From PVC group bacterium (lineage in GTDB: Bacteria > GCA-001730085 > JADFSZ01), in assembly GCA_022560555.1 (NCBI GenBank), contig JADFSZ010000006.1:1-20048 (forward strand): 20,048 nt of DNA. The letters are read 5' to 3'. Shown here in pieces: positions 1-6,903 of the stretch. A program made the position numbers and the translations under genes. Every line of letters begins with the position of its first letter. Within the stretch, counting starts at the first letter, position 1. Below the pieces are notes generated by a model that did not search any database, was not told the origin of the DNA, and saw nothing but the letters and a program-made list of their open reading frames with translations.

Positions 1-504
1 AGGATTCCTATCTACACCGTCACTTCCCTCTCCGTCAAATTGTCCGGGAGGTGGACGTCTCCTGTGATGTTGAACCTCGCCACCCCCTTCACCCTCTCCT
101 CCTTCGCCAGACTGTTCAGGAGGCGGACGTCTCCTATGATGTTGTCCTTCTCCATCTCCTTCACCACTCTCTTCTCCTCCAAACTCTCCATGCGGTGGAA
201 ATCTTCGAGGTGGGTGTCCTTGTCCATTCCACTCGCCAGCCTCAAAATCTTGTTCGCCAAATCTTGGACCCCTTCCCTGATTACCATATTGTCCCGTCAG
301 ATGATGCTCTCCCTGAAATCTAGGTCCCGCTCCTTGGCCGCCCTGTGGTCCCGGGGGATTACCATGACCTTGAGAACCCTGTCCAACTCCCTGTCCACCT
401 CTCGAACCAGGAGAATTCTGAGCGAATGACAACGATGGCAAAAACAGCACCATCATAACAAACAAAATTCCTGACATCAGGAAAACGGTTTTTTTAGGTT
501 TCAT
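1..504 (-). CDS. Secreted low-complexity Gly/Gln/Glu/Pro/His/Arg-rich protein; the C-terminus runs off the left edge (168 codons visible)
   Basis: ATG at 504..502 follows AAGGAG at 5-nt spacing. My hand translation of the minus frame from 504 to 1 has no stop. It reads MKPKKTVFLMSGILFVMMVLFLPSLSFA|QNSPGSRGGQGVGQGSQGHGNPPGPQGGQGAGPRFQGEHH...GQHHRRRPPPEQSGEGGEGEGGGEVQHHRRRPPPGQFDGEGSDGVDRNP. The signal peptide is classic: a K-rich n-region, a hydrophobic core and an SFA-Q cleavage site. The ORF is absent from the supplied track because it is open-ended. The track ORFs 12..287(-), 40..429(+) and 51..323(+) are alternative-frame shadows. Confidence 0.75.
   Translation of the reverse strand, partial: MKPKKTVFLMSGILFVMMVLFLPSLSFAQNSPGSRGGQGVGQGSQGHGNPPGPQGGQGAGPRFQGEHHLTGQYGNQGRGPRFGEQDFEAGEWNGQGHPPRRFPPHGEFGGEESGEGDGEGQHHRRRPPPEQSGEGGEGEGGGEVQHHRRRPPPGQFDGEGSDGVDRNP
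47..144 (-). repeat. Imperfect 26-nt direct repeat, 72 nt (24 codons) apart, encoding the QHHRRRPPP duplication
   Basis: ggaggtggacgtctcctgtgatgttg (47..72) matches ggaggcggacgtctcctatgatgttg (119..144) with 2 mismatches. Confidence 0.8.
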
Positions 505-533
505 CTCATCTCCTTTTTTTCATTTCTAATGTA

Positions 534-563
534 TTAATAGCATATATTAAAGCCAATATGCAA
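534..563 (-). promoter_or_regulatory. Putative sigma70-type promoter for the secreted low-complexity gene
   Basis: On the minus strand: TTGCAT (563..558), an 18-nt spacer, then TGcTATTAA (extended -10, hexamer 539..534), about 30 nt upstream of the ATG. Motif match only. Confidence 0.4.
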
Positions 564-577
564 GTTCCAAAGCCTCG

Positions 578-1771
578 TTACATGCATTGGCCAGCCACAT
601 ACCCTGAAGCCCAGGCCCACTGAAAATTGTGACCTCCTAAATGCCCCGTCACATCCACAACTTCCCCGATAAAATACAAGCCTTTTTCCTTTTTAACCTC
701 CATCGTCTTTGAAGACAATTCAACTGTATCCACACCCCCCACCGTTACTTCCGCTTTGCCATACCCTTCCAAATCCCGCGGCTTCACAAGCCAGCGATGA
801 AGCTTCTTGGCCGCATCCTCAAAACTCCGGCCAAAATACCGGTTCATCGGTTTGTTCACAACATATCCATCAAACAGTCTGTCTGCTAATCTCTTGGGCA
901 TATATCTGGCAACAACATTTTTCATCTCAACTTTATTTTTGAGCTCACTCTCAAAAACTTCGATAATATTCACGTCCGGCAGCAAATCAATCTCAAGTCG
1001 ATCCCCTCTTTTCCAATATGACGAAATTTGCAATATCGCGGGACCGCTCAAACCACGATGCGTAAACAAAATGTTTTCCTTGAACGAATCTTTCCCTAAT
1101 TTCACAATAGCCAAAACAGATATACCAGATAATTCCCCAAATACATCTAAATCACTCTTCGTGAATGTCACTCCCGACAAACCCGGACGCGTCTCAGTAA
1201 TCTTTAATCCAAACTGTCGGGCCAGTTCATATCCTAATCCCGTCGCCCCAATCGTCGGAACCGACAAGCCCCCGGATGCGACAACCAAATTCTCTGACAA
1301 GATTCTCTCTTTCTCGGTATCAATACAAAACACGTGGCCTTTTACAATCTTCACAATATTTGAGCCAAGACAAATCTCGGCTCCGGCTTCTTCACACTCC
1401 TCGACAAGCATATCAATCACGTCTTGCGCGCTTTTATTGCAGAATAGTTGCCCCAGCTTCTTTTCGTGATATGCAATATCATGCTTATCTAAAAGACCGC
1501 AAATATCCGACGGCGTATAACGAGATAAAGCAGATTTGCAAAAATGAGGATTATTTGAAATAAAATTTTCAGGCCCGGAATGAATATTCGTAAAATTGCA
1601 TCGCCCTCCGCCCGAAATACGGATCTTTTTTCCCACCTTAAAATTGCGCTCAAGCACAATAACAGATCGGCCTCGTTTTCCTGCCTCAATCGCGCACATC
1701 AGCCCTGCGGCACCGGCACCAATGATCACCACATCACACGTGATGTGATTTATATTTCGTTTTCTCTGCAT
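578..1771 (-). CDS. NAD(P)/FAD-dependent oxidoreductase, HI0933/YhiN (BaiN-like) flavoprotein family
   Basis: 397-aa ORF. It has the N-terminal dinucleotide fold VVIIGAGAAGLMCA, then ISGGGRCNFTN, and a C-terminal GHLGGHNFQWAWASGYVAG. All are typical of this family. Confidence 0.9.
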   Translation of the reverse strand: MQRKRNINHITCDVVIIGAGAAGLMCAIEAGKRGRSVIVLERNFKVGKKIRISGGGRCNFTNIHSGPENFISNNPHFCKSALSRYTPSDICGLLDKHDIAYHEKKLGQLFCNKSAQDVIDMLVEECEEAGAEICLGSNIVKIVKGHVFCIDTEKERILSENLVVASGGLSVPTIGATGLGYELARQFGLKITETRPGLSGVTFTKSDLDVFGELSGISVLAIVKLGKDSFKENILFTHRGLSGPAILQISSYWKRGDRLEIDLLPDVNIIEVFESELKNKVEMKNVVARYMPKRLADRLFDGYVVNKPMNRYFGRSFEDAAKKLHRWLVKPRDLEGYGKAEVTVGGVDTVELSSKTMEVKKEKGLYFIGEVVDVTGHLGGHNFQWAWASGYVAGQCM

Positions 1772-1993
1772 TTTTCTTTGTCAAAAATCCATGTCTGTTT
1801 GTGCCGCATACTTTGTAAACATTCGCACAGTTTCTATTTCACCCACATTGACCATAACTCTTATATTTGTTCTTCGATAAGAGAATTTTTCGTTGCGAAA
1901 AAACACGCATCCTATTTTCATCCCTATCAACATATTATACTCAATTATCTTCATTTTTTGAGTCTTATATCTAAGTCAAACACTACGATTTAG

Positions 1994-2023
1994 TTGACAA
2001 AATTTCCGAAAAAATGCTATATA
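1994..2023 (+). promoter_or_regulatory. Putative sigma70-type promoter driving the sORF and amt
   Basis: TTGACA (1994..1999), an 18-nt spacer, then TGcTATATA (extended -10, hexamer 2018..2023). Motif match only. Confidence 0.45.
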
Positions 2024-2059
2024 TTAAATGTAGCATGTTCTCCCAAAAGGAGGTGCGCT

Positions 2060-2197
2060 ATGATTATTTCACTGCAGCAGACATATCAGTATCACCGCGA
2101 CCTTTTTGATAAAGCCGCCAAAATATTTCTATCATCATTTTCTACCTTCATCTTAAAACTCTTTCTTAGAACCCGCGTAAACCCCTCGGATATCTAA
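2060..2197 (+). CDS. Hypothetical 45-aa small ORF upstream of amt (possible small protein or leader peptide)
   Basis: ATG at 2060 follows AAAGGAGGTG at 6-nt spacing, the same SD core used by amt (AAAGGAGGTG at 2258..2267). It lies downstream of the putative promoter. Sequence: MIISLQQTYQYHRDLFDKAAKIFLSSFSTFILKLFLRTRVNPSDI. I recognise no homology. The track lists a longer TTG-started version, 1994..2197. Confidence 0.3.
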   Translation: MIISLQQTYQYHRDLFDKAAKIFLSSFSTFILKLFLRTRVNPSDI

Positions 2198-2273
2198 CCA
2201 GGTTTTCCTATCCATTTTTCTCTCTACAAAAAAACGATCACAATACTCGTTTGTTTAAAGGAGGTGAAACCAA

Positions 2274-3497
2274 ATGTTAAGAAAAATCAAAAAACTGTTA
2301 AGCCGTACACTTGGCGCGTTTACAGGATTTCTCGCACTCGCACTACCGCAAATCGTGTATGCCGCCGACGGCTTGGATAAAGGAGATACAGGCTTGATGC
2401 TGACTTCTACTCTCTTGGTCCTTCTCATGGCACTTCCGGGACTCGCTCTTTTTTACGGCGGACTTGTCCGCAGTAAAAATACTGGTACGGTCATCATGGA
2501 GAGCTACGGGATCGCGATGGTCACAACTATCCTTTATGTTCTCATGGGATATGGCCTCGCGTTTGGACACGGGAACGGACTATTCGGCGGATTGCACAAC
2601 TTTGCTCTAAGTACGCTCTCTGTCGAGAGTCTTGTCGGCACCATCCCCGAATCCCTCTTTATCCTGTTTAATCTCTCCCTCATGATCTTCACCACCGTGC
2701 TCATTATCGGTGCGTTCTCGGGACGGATCAAATATACCTCCGTGCTTCTTTTCGCGGGGGCATGGGGCCTTCTGGTTTATTCACCCGTGTGTCATATGAT
2801 CAAAGGAGGCGGATATTTGTCCCACATTGGTTTGCTTGATTTCGGCGGCGGATCTGTGATCCATATCACAGCCGGTATTGCCGCACTCGTTACAGCACTC
2901 TATTTGTCAAAACGAAATGGCAAAGGACATATCGAACCAAAACCGCAGAACGCAACTATGTTTTACCTCGGAGCCATACTTCTCGTTCTAGGATCACTCG
3001 GTCTTATTATGGGCAGCGTGTTTACCCTCGGAGGTAAAGCCGGAATGGCACTGCTGGTTATGCTCATCGCCGGAGCGATGTCAAGCATCACATGGCTCGT
3101 GATCGATCTATTTCGTCACAAAAAACCTTCGCTTTACGGTTTGTTGACGGGAACCATTATCGGGCTCGTGGGCATCACACCTGCCGCAGGATATATTCTG
3201 CCGCTAGACGCGCTCACGATGGGATTGGTCATCGGACTTCTCGGATACTTTGCATGTTACCATCTCAAACGCCGTTTTGGCTATGACGATATCTATGATA
3301 TCTTCAGTGTGTTTGGTGTCGGCAGTATTCTGGGAATGCTTCTCACCGGAATGTTCGTTGCAGGTCCTATGGGAATCATGCACCAATTGATTATCCAGAT
3401 CAAGGGCGTCAGCCTTGTCGTGCTTTATACGGGAATCGTTACCTATCTGATCTTATATTTTATTGATCGGATGTTCGGTCTTCGTGCTCGCCGATAA
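2274..3497 (+). CDS. amt: Ammonium transporter (Amt/MEP family) with a cleavable signal peptide
   Basis: 407 aa and about 11 TM segments. Amt signatures are present: DKGDTGLMLTSTLLVLLMALPGLALFYGGLVRSKN and DFGGGSVIHITAGIAALV. It has a strong SD. No glnK follows. Confidence 0.95.
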   Translation: MLRKIKKLLSRTLGAFTGFLALALPQIVYAADGLDKGDTGLMLTSTLLVLLMALPGLALFYGGLVRSKNTGTVIMESYGIAMVTTILYVLMGYGLAFGHGNGLFGGLHNFALSTLSVESLVGTIPESLFILFNLSLMIFTTVLIIGAFSGRIKYTSVLLFAGAWGLLVYSPVCHMIKGGGYLSHIGLLDFGGGSVIHITAGIAALVTALYLSKRNGKGHIEPKPQNATMFYLGAILLVLGSLGLIMGSVFTLGGKAGMALLVMLIAGAMSSITWLVIDLFRHKKPSLYGLLTGTIIGLVGITPAAGYILPLDALTMGLVIGLLGYFACYHLKRRFGYDDIYDIFSVFGVGSILGMLLTGMFVAGPMGIMHQLIIQIKGVSLVVLYTGIVTYLILYFIDRMFGLRARR

Positions 3498-3516
3498 TTC
3501 GTCTCATTCGAGTCGG

Positions 3517-3553
3517 AAAAAAACCGCGGAGTTTTCACTCCGCGGTTTTTTTT
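3517..3553 (+). terminator. Rho-independent terminator after amt (bidirectional architecture)
   Basis: A7 (3517..3523), stem CCGCGGAGT (3524..3532), loop TTTC, stem ACTCCGCGG (3537..3545), then T8 (3546..3553). The 9-bp GC-rich stem pairs perfectly. Confidence 0.9.
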
Positions 3554-3571
3554 ACTTCTCTGATTCCTCGT

Positions 3572-3600
3572 TTGCCGAATCGCTCAAGTAGGATTATAAT
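3572..3600 (+). promoter_or_regulatory. Putative sigma70 promoter immediately upstream of the GY-repeat gene (near-leaderless layout)
   Basis: TTGCCG (3572..3577), a 17-nt spacer, then consensus TATAAT (3595..3600). Only 8 nt separate the -10 from the ATG at 3609, and there is no SD. Confidence 0.5.
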
Positions 3601-3608
3601 ACGAGTTA

Positions 3609-4046
3609 ATGTTTATTAAGCTCATCAAATATTTGATCCCTCTTACTCTTCTTTGGGTGAGTCCCGACACAAGTTTCGCACAAGGCGAAGAGTTCAACGG
3701 ATATTCGCTCGGATACAAAGGCAATGAGATCGGCTATTCAATGGGATACAAACAAGGCTATTCCAAGGACCGTCACGGATACTCATCCGGATATTCGAAA
3801 GATCGATACGGATATCAATGGGGAGAAAAGAATCCCGAGTCAGATTATGACAAATCCCGCTATGGATACAAACTAGGCTATCCTGTCCAAGATAAAGGTC
3901 ATAAATACGGATATTCCAAAGATAAATATGGATACAAGTACGGCTATCCCGACACCCAAGGATACTCCGGATCAAAATATGATTACCCAAAAAAGGTAGA
4001 AAAAGATAAAGAGAAGAAAAAAAGGTTCCGCCTCAATCTTAATTAG
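3609..4046 (+). CDS. Secreted Gly-Tyr-Lys-rich tandem-repeat protein (GYS/GYK motifs), function unknown
   Basis: 145 aa. The signal peptide is MFIKLIKYLIPLTLLWVSPDTSFA|QGEE. By my hand count the mature part has about 22 Tyr, 19 Gly, 20 Lys and 14 GY dipeptides. Units such as GYSKDRHGY, GYSKDRYGY and GYSKDKYGYKYGY recur. The C-terminal tail is lysine-rich: KKVEKDKEKKKRFRLNLN. Confidence 0.75.
   Translation: MFIKLIKYLIPLTLLWVSPDTSFAQGEEFNGYSLGYKGNEIGYSMGYKQGYSKDRHGYSSGYSKDRYGYQWGEKNPESDYDKSRYGYKLGYPVQDKGHKYGYSKDKYGYKYGYPDTQGYSGSKYDYPKKVEKDKEKKKRFRLNLN
3699..3986 (+). repeat. Degenerate in-frame tandem repeats encoding the GY(S/K)... units
   Basis: Similar DNA units recur, for example ggatattcgaaagatcgatacggatat and ggatattccaaagataaatatggatac. 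Confidence 0.7.
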
Positions 4047-4064
4047 ATCAGTTTTGAGACTTCA

Positions 4065-4850
4065 ATGCGCACATCAAAAGTAAAAGAAAATACACGAAAG
4101 CATTTTAGATGTAGCCTCTTGCTTGTGACTTGTGTCCTTTTGACATGTAACTATTGTTCGGGAACCGAACAAGAAAATGCCCCTGTCGTTATCGAACTCT
4201 TTACTTCCCAGGGATGCTCCAGCTGTCCGCAAGCAGAGTTTTTGCTTAAAACTTTAGCCGAGGAATACGGCCCGGAGATTCTCCCGCTTGCCTATCACGT
4301 GGATTATTGGGATTATATCGGGTGGGTTGATCCGTATTCATTTCCTGAAGCTACCGAACGTCAACGTGAGTATCAAAAAATTTTGAAAAACAAAACAATC
4401 TATACTCCTCAAGCCGTAATTCAAGGCGAATTAGTTCAACCCGCCTCCAGTAGAAAAAGCATGGAGCTAGGCATCCTCAAATACCAGAATTTATCGCGTC
4501 CGATGCTTGATTTAAAAATCGATTATTCCCTTGTCTTAAAAAAGGCGACTCTCACCATCGATGTGCCTGAAACAATTTCCAAAGAAAATATTAAAATCCT
4601 TGTGGTCTATTTTGAAAACGGCTTTCCCGTCTATGTCACTCGCGGCGAAAACGCGGGCAGAACACTCCCCATACATCATGCCGTGCTAAAAATTCAAGCC
4701 GTTAAACTTAACGACGCGCACTATTATCAAATTCCGATTGAGTTACCTGATGATTGGACGGCTTCACTAACAGGAGTCGCGGTGTTAGTGGAGGATCAAA
4801 AACACCGGATTTTGACGGCAGGATCAATTTTTCCTATCTCGCTCAATTAA
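4065..4850 (+). CDS. DUF1223 family protein (secreted or anchored thioredoxin-like, CxxC)
   Basis: 261 aa. The N-terminal signal or anchor is MRTSKVKENTRKHFRCSLLLVTCVLLTC. The block VIELFTSQGCSSCPQAE...LAYHVDYWDYIGWVDPYS...RQREYQ matches the DUF1223 signature as I remember it. It starts 18 nt after the GY-repeat gene, so the two are probably co-transcribed. Confidence 0.8.
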   Translation: MRTSKVKENTRKHFRCSLLLVTCVLLTCNYCSGTEQENAPVVIELFTSQGCSSCPQAEFLLKTLAEEYGPEILPLAYHVDYWDYIGWVDPYSFPEATERQREYQKILKNKTIYTPQAVIQGELVQPASSRKSMELGILKYQNLSRPMLDLKIDYSLVLKKATLTIDVPETISKENIKILVVYFENGFPVYVTRGENAGRTLPIHHAVLKIQAVKLNDAHYYQIPIELPDDWTASLTGVAVLVEDQKHRILTAGSIFPISLN

Positions 4851-6836
4851 ATCTTCAGTTTTTTGAGACTGAATTTTTTTCAAAACCAGATTCAGCTCAT
4901 TTTTAACGATCTCATTCTCCGGATTGATCCGGAGAGCCCTCCCGAAATATGTCGCGGCCAAACTGTAATCTTTTCGCAACGAGCAAACTTTTCCCAAATC
5001 AAAGGCAAGTGAAAAATCATCGGGAAAGTTGCGATGCAACAGTTCATATTCTTTATAAGCCCTGTCATATTTTCCCAAAGAGTTTAGAACTTCGGCATAA
5101 TACTTCCGGGCCGTAACATCCTGAGGATTGATCAATATAGCCGCCGACAAATTTATCTCTGCTGATTCTAAATTTCCCAATTCTTTATTGGCCAATCCCA
5201 ATCCGAAATACGTGTCCGGATCTTGAGACTCAATTTCTAATGATTTCGTAAAATAAATGATGGCCCGTCCATACAACCCTTGAATCGCAACAGCATTTCC
5301 AAGCTTTTTTAACAACTCGGCATCCCGAGGATCCATCATAGATGCTTGATGGTAATAACTCATCGCTTCCATATACGACTCTATCTCAAAAAAAGCATCT
5401 CCTAAGAGCTCTTGAACATTCGAAAATCCCGGTGACAACTCAACGATTCTCTTAAAGAAAGGAATAGCATCTTCCACTTTTCTATTCTTAAATAACGCAA
5501 CTCCCAAACTATATAGAATCTGCGGTTCATCCGCGTGAAGCTGATTCGCATCACGATATCGTCCCACGGCTTCATCGATATTTCCCTGACGCATCATCAT
5601 GTCCCCCAGACGCTGATGAGCTATCCAAGATCGTGGATTTTTCCTTAATGTGTCCTGCCATAATCGCTCTTCGTCACGATACCCCAGTGTCTGCTGAAAT
5701 GTTAAATATGCAAAAAACAGCACTAGCACACCTAAGAGGCCTTGAGAAAGAAGTTTCCTGCCTGATAAATATTTGTGATGCAAAATGTAAAACCCCTCAG
5801 AAATGAGAACAGCCATACCCATCATTGCAATATATTGCCGATAATCCGCAATCATCGTCTGCGGGATAACGCTTGAAAACGTAAAAAGAACAAACGGAAA
5901 GAGAAAAAGGAGATAAAACAAACTCGCTTCCCATAAGGGTCTCGCCCAACGCTTTCGAAAATAAAAAAAGACACCGATCAGAACCAAAAAGCACAACCCG
6001 CCTAAATACCCGTAAAACCGAATCGAATTGACATCCAAATCCGGATAAACCATCATCAGGCGAATCGGCACAATCAACTTATAAATATAGATCCACAAAG
6101 CCAAACCTGCCTTGGCTATCCAAGAAATAATCTCGCTGGCCTCAACACTAAAAAATATTCTCAGCTCAGGGAAACGGACCCAAGCGTGAAAGATGACAAA
6201 TACGGTCATTATGAAAAAATAAGGCAGTGCATACAATAGATCCTGCTTGCTCACCTCACGGCGCTCCCACCAATCCAAAAGCAGGATCAACAAAGGCATG
6301 ACCCAGGCAATCGGACAAGCCATTGAGGCTAAAATGAAGATCACCAAGGATCCTATTTGCCATGATTTTTTATGGTTTTTTTCGTAAACAAGATACAACC
6401 ATACAGAGATCATCAAAAGCAAAAATCCCAAAAGATTCCCTTGCTGAACAATCCATGCCACCGATTGCACATTGACAGGATGGACCGCAAAAATTAAAGG
6501 CGCGAGCCAGGAGACCTCAAATTCAAGCTCTCTTAATATCTTCCAAAATAAAAATACTCCTGTGATATGTAAAAACAGGCTAACCAGATGATATCCAAGA
6601 GCATGGCTCCCCCAAAGACGATATTCTATCCAATAGAATGTGGAAGCCATCGGAGATCGAACAAGATGAAAGCTCTTAGACCAGATCTCTTTAATCCCGG
6701 CACTCTCACTAATCACAGGATTTGCGGTAACGAGAGCCTTATCCATCCAAACAAGACCGGCCTTTGCGAGAGGCAAGTAGGCACCGATAATCAGAATCAA
6801 AATCAGCACGCTGATAAACCAATTTTGTTTTGTCAT
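4824..6836 (-). CDS. Multi-pass membrane protein with a C-terminal TPR domain; TMTC/PMT_2-like GT-C glycosyltransferase fold
   Basis: The N-terminal ~400 aa are highly hydrophobic, with about 11 TM segments. They contain GLVWMDKALVTAN...GYHLVSLFLH...LIFAVHPVNVQSVAW, which resembles the TMTC / bacterial DUF1736-type signature. The C-terminal ~270 aa are TPR-like repeats (GRYRDANQL..., AIPFFKRIVELSP..., AMSYYHQASMMDP..., AIIYFTKSLEIES..., AATYFGRALRINP). I prefer the ATG at 6836, which has a GAGGA SD at 5-nt spacing, over the track's TTG at 6848. Confidence 0.8.
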   Translation of the reverse strand: MTKQNWFISVLILILIIGAYLPLAKAGLVWMDKALVTANPVISESAGIKEIWSKSFHLVRSPMASTFYWIEYRLWGSHALGYHLVSLFLHITGVFLFWKILRELEFEVSWLAPLIFAVHPVNVQSVAWIVQQGNLLGFLLLMISVWLYLVYEKNHKKSWQIGSLVIFILASMACPIAWVMPLLILLLDWWERREVSKQDLLYALPYFFIMTVFVIFHAWVRFPELRIFFSVEASEIISWIAKAGLALWIYIYKLIVPIRLMMVYPDLDVNSIRFYGYLGGLCFLVLIGVFFYFRKRWARPLWEASLFYLLFLFPFVLFTFSSVIPQTMIADYRQYIAMMGMAVLISEGFYILHHKYLSGRKLLSQGLLGVLVLFFAYLTFQQTLGYRDEERLWQDTLRKNPRSWIAHQRLGDMMMRQGNIDEAVGRYRDANQLHADEPQILYSLGVALFKNRKVEDAIPFFKRIVELSPGFSNVQELLGDAFFEIESYMEAMSYYHQASMMDPRDAELLKKLGNAVAIQGLYGRAIIYFTKSLEIESQDPDTYFGLGLANKELGNLESAEINLSAAILINPQDVTARKYYAEVLNSLGKYDRAYKEYELLHRNFPDDFSLAFDLGKVCSLRKDYSLAATYFGRALRINPENEIVKNELNLVLKKIQSQKTEDLIERDRKN
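4855..4880 (+). terminator. Weak hairpin plus T-tract after the DUF1223 gene
   Basis: TCAGT (4855..4859), loop tttttgag, ACTGA (4868..4872), then aTTTTTTT. The stem is only 5 bp and lies inside the 3' coding end of the convergent gene. Confidence 0.3.
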
Positions 6837-6872
6837 CAAAATCCTCAAATTTTCTTTTTAAAAACGCACCCT

Positions 6873-6900
6873 ATTATATATTCTCTTCCTTAAAGAACAA
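6873..6900 (-). promoter_or_regulatory. Putative sigma70 promoter for the TPR/GT-C gene
   Basis: On the minus strand: TTGTTC (6900..6895), a 16-nt spacer, then TATAAT (6878..6873). Motif match only. Confidence 0.35.
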
Positions 6901-6903
6901 GGC

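Noticed and set aside
12-429. Track ORFs 12..287(-), 40..429(+) and 51..323(+).
   Set aside because: They lie in alternative frames or on the antisense strand of the low-complexity repeat gene. Low-complexity GC-skewed repeats stay open in several frames. Only the 504->1 frame has an SD, a signal peptide and a promoter.
807-1469. 220-aa plus-strand ORF, together with 709..942, 1276..1563 and 1580..1993(+).
   Set aside because: These are antisense shadows inside or next to the well-supported YhiN-family gene. The sequences are Ser/Pro/Thr-rich nonsense-like, with no start signals.
1994-2197. 67-aa TTG-initiated version of the small ORF.
   Set aside because: The TTG coincides with the putative -35 hexamer. 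The internal ATG at 2060 has a perfect SD, so only the 45-codon version is plausible, and even that is uncertain.
1772-2273. Searched the amt upstream region for a glutamine riboswitch (glnA RNA), NtrC (TGCACC-N5-GGTGCA), TnrA/GlnR (TGTNA-N7-TNACA), NtcA (GTA-N8-TAC) and sigma-54 motifs. Also noted the weak hairpin CTCTTAT (1858..1864) / ATAAGAG (1877..1883) followed by a T-run.
   Set aside because: No convincing matches by eye. The hairpin is a 7-bp AT-rich stem of doubtful stability.
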